The notes beneath the pieces are model-generated. The model searched no databases. It was given only the letters and a program-made list of their open reading frames with translations, and was not told the origin of the DNA. Below are positions 39,786 through 52,856 of a DNA stretch of 64,000 nt, piece by piece (position 1 is the first letter of the stretch; each line of letters starts with the position of its first letter). The DNA is taken from contig NC_087436.1 of assembly GCF_036321535.1 (NCBI RefSeq), forward strand, positions 104,224,001 to 104,288,000, given 5' to 3'. The stretch comes from Camelus dromedarius. Taxonomy: Eukaryota. The position numbers were made by a program, and so were the translations under genes.

Positions 39786-40070
39786 CATGGATTTGCAAAC
39801 TTTCTGTAAAAAGACAGACAACAAAAATTTTAGGATTTACAGGTCATAAGGTCTCTAATGCAACTACTTCACTCTGACATTGTAGTGCAAAAGCAGCCAC
39901 AGACAAAATGTAAATAAAGGAGCAGGACTATTTCCCAATAAAATATATTTTATTAATTCATATAATTTTCATGGGTCACAAGATATAAAAATATTCCTAG
40001 CTTGCCAGCCACACAAAAACAAGTACAGGGCAGATTTGGCCTATGGGCTGAAACATGCCAATGCCATCTC
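39786..40070 (+). mobile_element. hAT-Charlie MITE (MER58-like)
   Basis: GCAAACTTTCTGTAAA...GCAAAAGCAGCCACAGAC...GGCAGATTTGGCC. Confidence 0.75.
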
Positions 40071-41449
40071 TTGATCTAGTGGGTAAGTCTGGAGAGAAAG
40101 AGGACCATACATATATTTACACAAGACAGATACTTACCAGTCCTATATAGTCACAGCAATTAGCAGTAGACTTTAAGAATAGACCTATTACTTATCTCTG
40201 TATCTCTTCAGTCTTAAAAGGAAACCAACTTTTGTGTTTTGTTTCTTACACTTACGCTAAAACTGATACTTTCCCTAAAACAGAAATTTACAAACTTTGC
40301 CAAAAAATATTTAGACCCAAATTTTTAGTTTTATTTTCTTGAGTTTATATCTTTACAACAAAAGACCAAACAACTCTTTCACACATGTATTATTTAATGA
40401 TTATGCTTTATGACGGATCGATAATGTCTGATGGCTAGCCCTAAAGGTACCACCTAGAGATAGAAATAGATAACGTATTTCCTCAAATATCTCCATGTGT
40501 TTTGCTTATATTGCACCTTTCACCATCTAATTTTGAAGATTTTTTAAAATGAAAATAAAAGCAGAAAAATAAAAACCTGCCTAACATCCACTATCATGAA
40601 ACATGGGAACTGAAAGCAGCAGAACACATCCCAGGAGCAGCAGAACTACCCTGACAATTGTTGAAGCTTGGTGATGGGTGTGTGGGAGTTCTTTGGGGGC
40701 ATATTTGAAAATGTTCATAATAATTTCTGAGACTATGATGGCCTTAGGATGGCCATTAAACACCTCGGCAGTGGCAGTTAGAGTCCCCAGGACTGGGAGG
40801 AAGGCTTATGAACAGTGCTACTTCACAGCAGGTAGACCAGGCGATGCCAGGCAAAGGCCAGCGAAAACAATTAGGGGCATGTGACAGAATTTATAGGGAA
40901 CAGCTTTTTACAGTTTTTCTGTTTAAATTATTTTATTTTATTTTATTCTTTTAAAGTGACTTTTAGTTGTTTTCAGTCCATTTTAGATACAAGGTTCATT
41001 TGAGTTTCGGAACAGAATACAATTAGCATTTAACAACCTGCTGTGAAAACAGACATATTTCAAATACAGTATCAGTAACACTGGTGTCAAAAGTCAAAAT
41101 GTTGAGGGAAGAGTGAGTCAGTTCATTCCCATTTCATTCATTTAAGATCACAGAGCATGAGGAACAAATGGTTGTATAATACTCTTACCATATTTGAAAT
41201 TTCAGGCCAGTACGGCACATGATTTTTTTTCTTCTACTCAATATTTTCAGGATCACTACAGTTAACTAAGTGTGATCGTTGGTTACGGAAAGTAGAAAGA
41301 AAGCGTATGCAAATACTGTTCACATCACTTCAGTGGTCTTTACCCAGTCTTTCATACAATAAACATAGTCCTGATAGTAATAAGGACCTTCTGCCCTGCA
41401 GTATATAACTTTGTATGGAAGAAGAAAATTAAAATGAACCATAGCCCAC

Positions 41450-41525
41450 CTGTGCTTTCCTCATATACACCAAAGGCTCTTTAAGATGTTCGGGAGGCGC
41501 AGCAGGATGACTAGGTAAAGGAAAC
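41450..41525 (-). CDS. TBC1D19: TBC1D19 coding exon 4 (76 nt)
   Basis: ag|G TTT CCT TTA...AAA GCA CAG|gt = (V)FPLPSHPAAPPEHLKEPLVYMRKAQ. Confidence 0.95.
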
Positions 41526-44278
41526 CTAGGGATAAAAGGAGGGAGCTGAATATCGTACGTTATTCTTGACAATTAGTCAGTTCTCTTGGTTAGAAATTAC
41601 TTACCTCTGAGGTCCATGATATAAATGGAACAGAATGAGCACTTTTATGTGCCTACACAAGGTACAACAACCTAATAAAATTTTAATTCTTATCCTACTA
41701 GTACTGTAGTTTTAAATTAGCAATTTAATGATTTACTAAAAATTAAAGTACATTCATAAATTGAGGTAATTTTTAAATTATTTACCTCTGTAAATGCTCA
41801 TATGAAAATTATCACAATGGTTCATTTTAGTATACAATATTATATCACTAATTTTTTTTAAGTCTAAAGTCTAAAAAAAATCCATTAACTGACCAATATG
41901 TCAAATCTTCTCATTTCTCCCAGTTCCCTTTTCCATAGGATTATATATATTTTTACATAGTTGAAATGATAGTGTAAAAATACTCCCTTTTCTAATAGCC
42001 ATATTTTAGTATATAATAAATTCATAAATTTAATAAAAATTTAAACATTTAATATCTTATAAATTCTTCCTGTTTTCAAAGTAAAATTATATCTTATATT
42101 CAAAATGTATTGTTTTTAATAAGAAAACAGATTTATTTATTCAACAAGTATTTGAGTCATTCTAGGTACTAATACTAAGTATATGGTAGGATTAAGACAG
42201 TGTCTCCTGTTCTCATGTACCTAATATTCCTGAGAAGAAAAATAGTATTTACAAAAACAAATCAATAAATAGAACAATATCAATAAGTAATAAGTGCCAT
42301 GAGAAAATGAGAGCAGAAAATAGAGTCAAAAGTGATTTGGAAGGCAGGGAAGTTGTCTAGGAAAGCTCATATTTGAGCCAAGACATGAGTGAAGAGGAGC
42401 CAACTCTTCAAAAATCTGGGGGAAGAATATTCCAAGCGAAAGGTAAGAAAGCACAAGACTCTGAGGTGGGGAAGGCGGAATGCCTAAAAATCAGAGACAG
42501 CCAGGATGGTTGGCATGTAATGGCTGAGACACAGAGTGATGTACAATTATAGAGAAAGCAACAGGAAAATACAGTAATTTAACATTTACTTAGAGGTTTC
42601 AATCTCTTTCACAACAACATATAACTCCCATTGAACTTAGTCATAGAACTTGTACCTATAGCAAAGCAACCATGTTTTAACAATCAAAAACCCTACACTG
42701 AATTTTCAAGAAATTCCTCTTCTAAAAGGGGACATCAGCACATAGAGGGTTAATGATATGCCAAGTCTCTTGCACCTATCCCAGAATCTAAGCATAAAAG
42801 ATTCAAAGGTCCATAAGAAACATTTCTGGAATAGAAAAAGCCAACCTATCCTACCAAATCAATAAGGCAATTTCACTAACTGATTATTCCTGGCTAGTAG
42901 TTCTTTCTATGAAAATCTGTATTCCATGTACCTAAATAAATCACCTTTCCCCACTCACAAATGAAAAAAAAAATGATAATCTCTGGATACCTCAGTATAT
43001 CTTCTTATATGCAAGATAGCTGAAAAGCTACATATTTTATACCACTCCATACATCATTTGTAAAGAGACATGTGGTTTATAATTAAATATAACTCTAAAA
43101 TCTTTCCATTTTAATGGTAATTATTTCTAAATTTAATAAAACTTAGAAATTTAAGACTGAAACTAGAGAGCACTTACTGATGATCTTAACAGTTATTTAA
43201 TTAATGTTCAAAGAAATTTATCCACAAAAACAGGTAACAAGAAGTGGCAACCCTAAAATCATTCACATTGAAACCAAAATAAACTTAGGTATTTATTCAT
43301 TTGTAAATATTTAATGAGCACCTACTAAGTGTTCGAGGTAATACAGATACAGCAGTGGACAAAGCATGTTAAAATCTCTGTTCTCATGGATTTTACATTT
43401 AGTGCACAAAGTGATGAGGATCAGCAGACAGGAAGAATGCAGAAACCTGAATATCACTCTTGACTCCTCTCTCTTCCTGTCTCCCTAAATCCCCATAAAT
43501 ACTTCTCATCTTTTTCTACCCCAGTGACATTGTTTTAGGCAACCAACATTTCTTGCCTGCATTCATCTGACAGATTCATAAGCAGTCTCCCCTGCTTCCA
43601 CACTATTTTCAAACTGCCAACTGGCCTGTCTGTTAGTCAGGAGCAGTATCTTCCTTATTCACAGTACAGTGACTGTACTTCCAGTGTCTAACATAAGGCT
43701 TGGCACATATTAGATACTCAGTACATTGCTAAATGAATAAAATGCAAGTGTGATCATGTCACTGCTCTGCTTAAAATCCCAAAATGGCACCCAAATGCTT
43801 TTAGGATCCAGCCTACAAATCCTTGAGTAAGAAGTGCATCCCTGCCTACAGATCTAGCATCATCCTTTCCTATGCCCCTTTCCCCTCTACCATCCAGCCA
43901 TACAACTTTTGTTCCTCCAATATACCACATTCTTTTACATCTCTAAACCTCTGTTGTTCCCTTGTGCCTTAAGCACTTTTCTTCTTTACTCCTCCTGACT
44001 AACTCTGGTTAGCTTTGTGATCTCAGTCTGAATATTATTTCCTCTGGTAAGTTATCATGACATCCCCAATGTGAGTTAAGTGACTGCCCTATGTACTCCT
44101 TGTACTTACCCTATTATAGCACTTATTGTATTGAATTGCAATCATCTCTTTGAAGTCTCTGTGACCCACCAGGACGGAAGCTCCATAAAAGCAAAGACTA
44201 TCTACCTTGTTCATTAGCCTCAGCACCTAGCTCCGTACATAACGCATAACAAGCACATAGTAACATTTAAAACTAAGA

Positions 44279-44410
44279 AAGGAGAAAAAACTTTTTAAAT
44301 CTACTTTTATATATAGTGGCTAACATTTGTAAATGTCAAACTCCAGAAATTGACACATTGTAACTGACTGTACTTCAATTAAAAAAAAAAAAAAACCAGA
44401 AATAAATAAA
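44279..44410 (+). mobile_element. Tiny 5'-inverted L1 insertion
   Basis: Duplication TAAAACTAAGA at 44268-44278 and 44411-44421; antisense 3'UTR piece joined to the sense L1 tip plus poly(A). Confidence 0.8.
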
Positions 44411-45039
44411 TAAAACTAAGAGGGCAAAGAAGAACTATAATTAAGACATTCTGGAGGTGCCCAGGTCTACTACTTGAGGACTCTTCCAGGAACATATGAA
44501 TGTCTATAAAGACTTACCCTACCTCATGGCCTAGTATAAGGTACTTCATCTAAAATCTTTCCATTTTCAGCTCTTATACTCAGCACATATACCCTCCAAG
44601 GTATGGCAGACACTTGCATATAGCTACTTAACAGTAGGCTATGGTATATGTTTTTATAATATATTCATATATAGAAAGTTTAAAAAGGTTTATCTATTTC
44701 TCTAATTCATATTCCTTAAAGGAAAATAATAGGTCTTCTAATTCTTTATAAACTGCTCTACACAAAATAAAATAAAGACTAGGATACAGAAAGAACTTGG
44801 TACATTTTCAATGTAAAGGCTTTCTTAAATCTTTACAGTAAGTTTAGGATTAATAATTATGCTGTATTTCCTCAATTCAACAAATCTTTATTGTGCTAGC
44901 ATTGGTAGGTGACAATAACTACTTGCTGACTCAATGTCATTTATTTGATGCTACAGGAAATATTGAAAGAAATTTAAGACAAAATTCTTGTTTAGAAGAC
45001 TTTTAATCTAGGTAAGAAATAAGATACAAATATATGTGA

Positions 45040-45295
45040 GATGTAGTAAAACGTATGGGCTTTGGAATCAGACAGCTAGAGGTAAAGCCCTAGCGCTGCT
45101 ACTTACTAGCTATGTCATCTTAAGCAAGTTACTTAAGTGGCCTAAGACTCAATTTTCTCTTCTGTAAAATGATGATAATAACAAATTCTACTTCACAGGG
45201 TGGTTATGAAAACTACATTATATACAGCAATGCATATAAAGTGCTTAGCACAGAGCTGAACATAAAATAAGCATTCAGTCAATGTAAATTATCAT
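45040..45295 (+). mobile_element. MIR SINE
   Basis: GGGCTTTGGAATCAGACAG...CAAGTTACTTAA...CTGTAAAATG...GTGCTTAGCACAG. Confidence 0.8.
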
Positions 45296-47364
45296 TAACA
45301 TAATGTTAAGTGGTTATTAACACAATAATAATTAAACAAAGTAGGCAACCTGAAGTGGGAAGAGCTAACCTGGGCTACAGTTACAAGTTTCATGTAACAA
45401 CAGAATACAGAAAATTTTCTGCTATATTTGTTAAATAAAATATGACTAAAATCTTTGGAATGTTTACTAAAATAAGTAAAATGACATGAGCAATTTTCAG
45501 GCATGAGCTGTTTAACCCATGTGTCCTTCTATTAGGAATGAGAATTTTTTTTCAGCTCCAATTATCTAACTTAATGAATATTTATACTTTCTGCTTTCTT
45601 TACTTATCCATCTAACGGTTTCTGCCAATGAAAAACACAACAGAACATGCTAAGTCCACTTTATTCTTCTGATTTATGTCAGGAAACACACCTTCCCCCA
45701 CTCTGGATGTGCCCTTTCATCTGAAGAGTTCCTCACTGTAACATTCTTGGCCTCTCTCCAAGGCTTAAATCATTACACCACAGATGAGGTTTAATGCCTT
45801 ATCCAACTTTCAAATTTTGAAGGAATAAACTGAACATGTTCATCAATGCTACTTAACTAAAAGGTAAAGTCTACTTAAGTCTAGAGTTCAGTTAAAGAGC
45901 TTATTCTGCTCTTGAACTAAGCTATGTCCTCCTACCTAGTCTTTACCACAAATAAGAGTATGCTTTTGATCTCCCATTTGCCTTTACATTTTATCTTATT
46001 ACTCAGTTTGTTCAGAATCCAAGTGAGGAAAAAGGTAGTTTTTACTGAACCCCTTCAAATATCCCTAAAAGTTATTAAAAAATAACTACTTATGTCTATT
46101 ATGTAGGATATCAAAGACATGTCAGTGAATGAAATGCCCGTCCCTGGCACCAAGCAAAGAGGCACCCTGTAGCACAGCACAGCTTCCGGGAATGCATTAT
46201 ACCACAAAAAAGCAATCATCACTAGTATCTCCTCAGATGAGAATCTAATGTTCGGAATTATACACAACAGATGCTTTTATTCTGCTGGTATCAGAGACAA
46301 AGACACTGAAGTCACAAGCTTTAACAGGCAAGAGAGAAATCACCGTGTCCGTATTAGTTTAATCAACTCATGGCGTCTCTACTACATTTGTGGAATTTTA
46401 AAACTTTACTTGTTAAGATAACTGTCTTTTCCTTTGGTGACTAGAACCAAAGGTATGGTCACAGTCAACTTTAGTTAATAGATAACACTTTATTTGCGAT
46501 TTTAAGAGTTCAAAAACCAACTTGGAAGATGGCAATAAGCAAAGAAGCAAATACTAATTTTAAAAATGTGTCTAAGCACAAATCCACAGGCATTCATCTG
46601 AGTCTCTTTGTTTCAGAAACAATTCAGGTAAACAAGGTTATCTCGTTTCCCAGTTATCAGTAGATTAGAAAGAGCAAATTAGAAATGGGAGTGTGAGAAA
46701 CTAGAGAATGCTAGAGACACAGCTAACTGATAGCAGGAAAAAAAAAAAAAAGGACATAAGAATTCTATTAGATTATTAACTCCATGAGGGCAGAAATTGT
46801 GTTTATTGTTCTGTGCTATATTCCCAGTGCCTAGGATGGCGCTAGCAGTAAGTAGTTAATGAATAATGGAACACTGAACAAACTAACGCTAACATTCAGG
46901 ATCTGTATTTTTTGTAATGACAAATAGTTCTACACACTTCAACAGACTCTCAGGACAAATCCAGATAAATAAAAACATTGATGTTCTTAATAAGGACGTC
47001 ATTTTTTCAAGGAAAAAAAGTTGTGTTTAAAATGGTCAGTTTATAAAGACAGAAAAAGGAAAATAAAAAGAACATTGGTAAGTTTAAATTATCTGAAATA
47101 TTAGCTTATGAGAAATATCATTCCCTAATCATACTGGTTAAATGAATTGTTAATATATAAATTTTTTGGCAGTAAAAAATCCCCACCTCTTTATTATTAA
47201 TTCTCAGGCAAGACTGTAATTTTTAATAGTGTTAATGTACTTGAAAGCCATATAAATACTAAGAAGTAATAACAATGAGCACACATAGCAATACAACATT
47301 CACTACTTACAAAGTAAATACAGCTAAACATAAGAGGATCTCAAAATAGGTAGGAAAAACTCAC

Positions 47365-47410
47365 ACACTCAGTTCACTATATACAGCATTCTGAAGCTTC
47401 TTCTCCCAAC
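47365..47410 (-). CDS. TBC1D19: TBC1D19 coding exon 3 (46 nt)
   Basis: ag|GT TGG GAG AAG...CTG AGT GT|gtgagt = (G)WEKKLQNAVYSELS(V); phases fit exons 2 and 4. Confidence 0.95.
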
Positions 47411-48389
47411 CTATTTTTTTTAAAAAAAGGAATAAAACATACAAACATATTAGTGTTTTAAATAAACATACATTATAACTAAACTTATCTCACAAAAACT
47501 AACATCATATTCATTTGTGAAAGGATTTTATCAACTGCCAATTGCTGTGTAAAGTGTTATATTAAGGAATTATTCCCTATATATTTGCCAATATCCCTTG
47601 GCTAACACTAAATAGCAAAGTCATAAACATGATACTATTTTGTGAGTAAAACTATGGTACCCTTTTCTAAGATGGGAGGAACATTTCCTTCTTCCACTGT
47701 TAAGGTACTCATTCAATGAACATCAAAATCTTTGGCTATTGTACTACCAGAGCTATGAGGAATGTGCCAAGGACAGGAGAAACAGCCAGGCACTTGACAA
47801 AGATCACAAGTAATTCGTTACAATTAACTAGTCAGTAAACTCCTCAACAAGAGAAGACGACTATTACGAGGCACCACCAGTCGGATCAGTTAGTTTGGCT
47901 GCTAACTAGTTGAACTTATCTGGGTAAGTAAACCATTTAATATCTCAGTTCCCATGTGCGAAGGCTGCTAAACAGGTTGATTTAAAAAAAACAAAAAAGG
48001 AGGGGGAGATTTTCTCCTGTTTTCTTTGAAAGGTAGAAAAGAGGAGAGAAAAAAAGTATAGAAGAAAAAAAGCCACAAATGAATGGTAAAAGACAGGTAA
48101 CTTAACTAAGGAGATTCTTAATACATTCAGGATATAGCTTGACCATGAAGGTAAACAGTATTTAAAACTGACTAATGTAAAGCAGTCATTCTCACAGTGC
48201 TCTGAATTTTTGCAGCATTCTATTGAAATGTCTGAAAGTTCTAATTCTCCCCAAATAGAAACTTATCCAGCCATCATTTCACAATTTTGAATGAGTAGTT
48301 AGAAGGCTAGGGATACAATATTTCCTCAAATAAATTATTTCCTTATTTTGCCTTAAAGAATTAGAGGGAAAAAAAAACAACTTACAAAC

Positions 48390-48462
48390 CTGATATTTTA
48401 AAGAATTCCTTAATATCTTCTTTTAGTGATTCAAGTTTAATCTCGGGTCTCTGAAGACTGGC
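48390..48462 (-). CDS. TBC1D19: TBC1 domain family member 19, coding exon 2 (73 nt)
   Basis: Reverse complement ag|GCC AGT CTT CAG...ATA TCA G|gt translates ASLQRPEIKLESLKEDIKEFFKIS(G), matching the TBC1D19 N-terminus as I recall it; long pyrimidine tract upstream. Confidence 0.95.
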
Positions 48463-50049
48463 CTAATTTTAGAAAGAAGAGGAAAAAAGAAGAAAGCAAA
48501 AGACAGAGGTCAAAAGTAAGTTATTTGGGATGATATTTAATGCTAATGAAATTTTTAAAAAGGAATGTCCAAATGTGCATACTGTTTTAAAAATCCGCCT
48601 TGAGGTCAGACCACCTGAGCATCTGGAATAGCTCATAAGAGAAGACTTTTTCACCGACTCTTAAAATAAGGATCTGTGATAGTATACTGCAGTCTACTTA
48701 AAATATTAAAACTTGAAGCTTTTGAATAGTTAAAGTCTTCATCTAAGGCTTTTATTTTTATGAATACTTAACATCTATTTTTCTAACAGGAAAAATACTT
48801 AGATTTTATCAATTCATTCTCTTAGTATTATATTCAACATATATGGCACCTACACCTAATGACTAAAAACCTTCCTGCACCCATATAACTGGATCTTTGA
48901 ACAATATCATCCTCTAGGATTGCTGCTCTGTAAGCCTGCATTTGTTGTACATATTTACAGAAAACACATAAAACTACTCGTTCACAAATGCTTATTAGTA
49001 TCTCTTTCATCTTCAAGTGCATGCTTTCTATTTCACTGGTTTTTCACACTAATTTTTATCAAAAATAACAATTTCTCCAACTTAATATGCCTTTAATTAC
49101 CTTCAAAGTGTTGGTATTTCATCACTTAGATCTTTCTATCAAGTTCTGGAAGCATATTTCTTAAGAAGGCATTTCTACTAGGATCTCTCATAAACATTTC
49201 AAATCTAAGAAATCAAAAATTGATCTTATCTTCCACTCACCATCTTTCTCATCCCCTTCTATTTTTAATCCTCATCCATGAAATTACTGTCTACCAAATC
49301 TTCCAAGTCAGAAAATTCAGTTATTCTCATTTCTACTCTAACTCTTCTAGGATTCAATCTCTTTCTGGGAAGATGGTATTGGTGGTAGTGAGGTTTTTTA
49401 AATCTACCTGATCTCCACATAAAAACAGACCAAGCAACTAGACAGCAAAACCAAAATCACATGGAAAATATTTACCACAAAACTTGTTGATAAGCTATTC
49501 CCCACAAGTGTAAAACACAAGCAGCTGGGAACAAACCAACAGCCACAACGGTATTAACATTTATACAAAAAAAAGCAGAGGGGTGTCTGATGGATATGAA
49601 AAGAGAAGAACCCCAAAATAGCCAGGAAGTACTCACTGGACCATATGATGAGCTAATTTTAGAACAGTAGCTGACCCTGGGAGGGGTTTTGTCTAATCCA
49701 ATATAAGAGATGAGGTCTAAAGACCCCTGAGCAACCTAGCATCTTTGAATTCTCGAAACTGACCAGCCAGGGCTCCATTTCTCTCTTTCTGAGGAGAAAA
49801 TTTTGGTAGAGTAATAAAAATTGAGGACGTCAAGGAACCACCTTATTACCCTGAAAACTTGGTAAATAAATGAAAAGGCATTTATCTAGCCTGCCATTCC
49901 TATAGGAACTGTACCACTGGGTAACCAAATAATAGATAAAGGGAAATGTGTCTTTATAAAAGTATTCCAGCTAATAACTAAAACAGATATGATATAATTA
50001 GAATATCACCATATTGTAACCCCTAATCAATAAATTGTTTATTTATTGT

Positions 50050-50650
50050 ATGAAGTTCCTCAAAAATGGAAAAATTTGAATTACTATATGATCCAGCAAT
50101 TCCAATTCTGCATATATACTCATAAGAACTGAAAGTCGGAACTTGAACAGATATTTGTACACTCATAGTCATGGCAGCATTATTCACAATAGTTAAAATG
50201 TGGAATCAACCCAAGCATCCACAGATAAATGAACGGATAAAGAAAATGCAGTATGTACCTATAATGGAATACTATTCAGCCTTTAAAAAGGGAAGAAAAT
50301 TCTGACACATCTATAACATGGATAAACCTTGAGGACGTTATGCTAAGTGAAATAAGCCAGTCACAAAAAGACAAATACTGTATGATTTCACTTATATGAG
50401 GTACATAGAACAGTCATATTCGTAGAGACAGAAAGTAGAATGGCAGTTGCCAGGGACTGTGAGGAGGAGGGAATGGGGAGTTATTGTTTAATGGGTACAG
50501 AGTTTCAGTTTGGGATGATGAAAAAGTTCTGGAGATGGATGATGATAATAGTTGCACAACAATGTGAATGTACTTAATGCCACTAAACTATACACTTAAA
50601 AATGGTTAAAATGGTAAATTTCATGTTTATTTTACCACAATAAAAATATT
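50050..50650 (+). mobile_element. L1MB-like 3' end
   Basis: TATGATCCAGCAATTCC...GGGTACAGAGTTTCAGTTTGGGATGATGAAAAAGTTCTGGAG...ACCACAATAAAAA. Confidence 0.88.
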
Positions 50651-50659
50651 TGTTAACTC

Positions 50660-51942
50660 ATTTTAAAATAACAATATAAACAATATATTAACCTAAGTAC
50701 TTTGATTTAAAATAACTATTTTCAGAAACAAAAATTAGTGGGGAAAAAAGGCTTGTTTTACATTTTGCAAATCTCTTTGATGTTTGGATTAGAAGACAGC
50801 TGGATTCTTCAATCTGTTGTGATATTCCATCTATAGTACTAGGTTGTTTTGATTGATATATATGAAAATCAATGTCACACAGATATGCAACTGGAAAAGG
50901 GAAGGATATTTTAGTATCCATTTCAGACACTGTGGATGTACTCCTTTGATAGTACACTAAAATTTGACAAGTAGTAGTGTCCTAAAGATTAGCTGCAATG
51001 CGGAATCTGAATATCAATAACGTTTTCGTATTTTATTACATACATATATATTGATCTACATTGCACTCTGAATCAATCCTCTGCCTATACTTGATTATGT
51101 AACATTATGTAGTGATCATTTCAAATATATTAACTAAGTGATGCAGTGGACACATTCCACTGAACAATATTAAAAAGTAATATTTGTTATTATCACCACC
51201 CATATCAGCAGAAAAGACTTTAAGTATTGGGAAGCCATCAAATTCACAGTGACTGATACAAATTTTCCAGAATCTGATTTTAATTTAAAGCTTGAATTTT
51301 ATCACTGCCAACACATAATGGTTTCTTTGGAGTGATGAGCTCACTTTGCTCATTTTAGAGAAAATTTCTGCCAAATATCCAAGTCTGAAAAAGTTTGTCA
51401 GTAGCTTACTCTTGTAAGTAAAGACACTGTTTCACTAAAAAAGAAGAAGGAGAAAAGAAAAAAAAAAAAGAAAGAAAGAAAACAAGCCAGCAGGTCAGCT
51501 TCAGCCTGTAACTCCTGAAACTCAGTTAATTGCTGGAGTGCTTTTCCTCTAGATAATCATCTTATTTCAATATATAGTGGTAGTGCTTTATGTATATTTT
51601 CTGTTTCCTAAAACAGAATATTAAAAAAATGTATATTTAAGAAAAGAAATTCAATAAAATTGTTCACTGTTTCACTAAGTACACTCAAATGAAACTGGCT
51701 TTTTTTTTTTCAGAAACTGTGAATGTGTATAGTGAAGAATATAATGACTATTAGCACAGTTTGGTACCAGTTCCTTGATTTGTGCTAATACACCAGCACT
51801 TAAACCCACAGTCATTGCTTTTGTACCATCAGTGCAAATGTCAGCACAATTTTTTTTAAAAAGGTCTTTGTATCATATGGAATAGTTTTGACCTGAAAGG
51901 GTCTTAGACAAGGGTCCACAGACCACACTTTGAGAACCACTG
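50660..51942 (-). mobile_element. hAT Charlie1-type DNA transposon fragment
   Basis: Ends in GACCACACTTTGAGAACCACTG (Charlie terminus); internal text TTTTACATTTTGCAAATCTCTTT...TAGAAGACAGCTGGATTC. Confidence 0.8.
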
Positions 51943-52856
51943 TACTAGACTATAGGCTTCTAGAGGACACATGTCTTTCATCTCTGTATCCCAAGATCCA
52001 GCACAATAGCTGTCACATAGTCAGTACTTCAAAAACATGTTTTCAATGAATGCATTTGCACTAAAGATTTCTTAGACTTACAACTGCAAAACCCCATGGG
52101 GAACACAAGATGAATTAAGACCCTGTCCTTGTCATATGGAGTTTTAGTTCAGAAAGGAAGATAGCCAATAAAAAAACTAATTCACTATGAGAAAGAAAAT
52201 ATGTTAGTTACAACAGAGGTATCAACCATAGAGAAAGGAACAATTAACTCTAATTGAAGAAGCTGGAAAAGAGAAGCAGAGGAGTACAGGCTGAGCAAAA
52301 GTGTGGGAATGTTCTTATGCTCCTTCAGTCTGTGGAACAGCACAGTTCCAATAGAACACAGGAAGGAATAAAACGGAGGATGAAGTTGGAAAACTCCCCC
52401 ATTCCTATCTATCCTGCTCACCAGTGCCTGACTACTGCTCCTAAAAACCACTTTCAAGTCTCCACCCTCCTCAAAAGACCTCAGTGACCCCTTTCCTGCC
52501 TACAAAATAAAAACAAACTCATTCTGGTATTTACACTCCTCTAAAAATCTTATCCCACCCAACTTATACAACTTATCTCTCTAGAAGTGCCTTACAACAG
52601 AACCTTCTGCTTAGACTTCTCGCTATTCCTACATTGGGAACTCACTCCTATCTTCCCATTTTGAGTGCCATCCAAGCACTCTCCAACCGCAGCTGTTTCC
52701 TTTCAGTATGGTTATACTCAAGTATATGCCTATTCATTTGCATTCTTCTTTCAATATTTAATTGAAAACCTACATGTCAGTTGCTGAATATAAAAAGAAA
52801 AACAAGGCATAGTCCTCTCTCATTCTTGAGAAAAAGAGGCTCAATTAAAACACGTT

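Noticed and set aside
40131..40280. Minus-strand donor motifs near 40137 and 40255, and another near 41188
   Set aside because: No convincing paired acceptor giving a sensible exon or intron size.
26584..46299. Shared 15-mer CTGGTATCAGAGACA at about 26584 and 46285
   Set aside because: A few 15-bp matches are expected by chance in 64 kb, and the flanks do not align.
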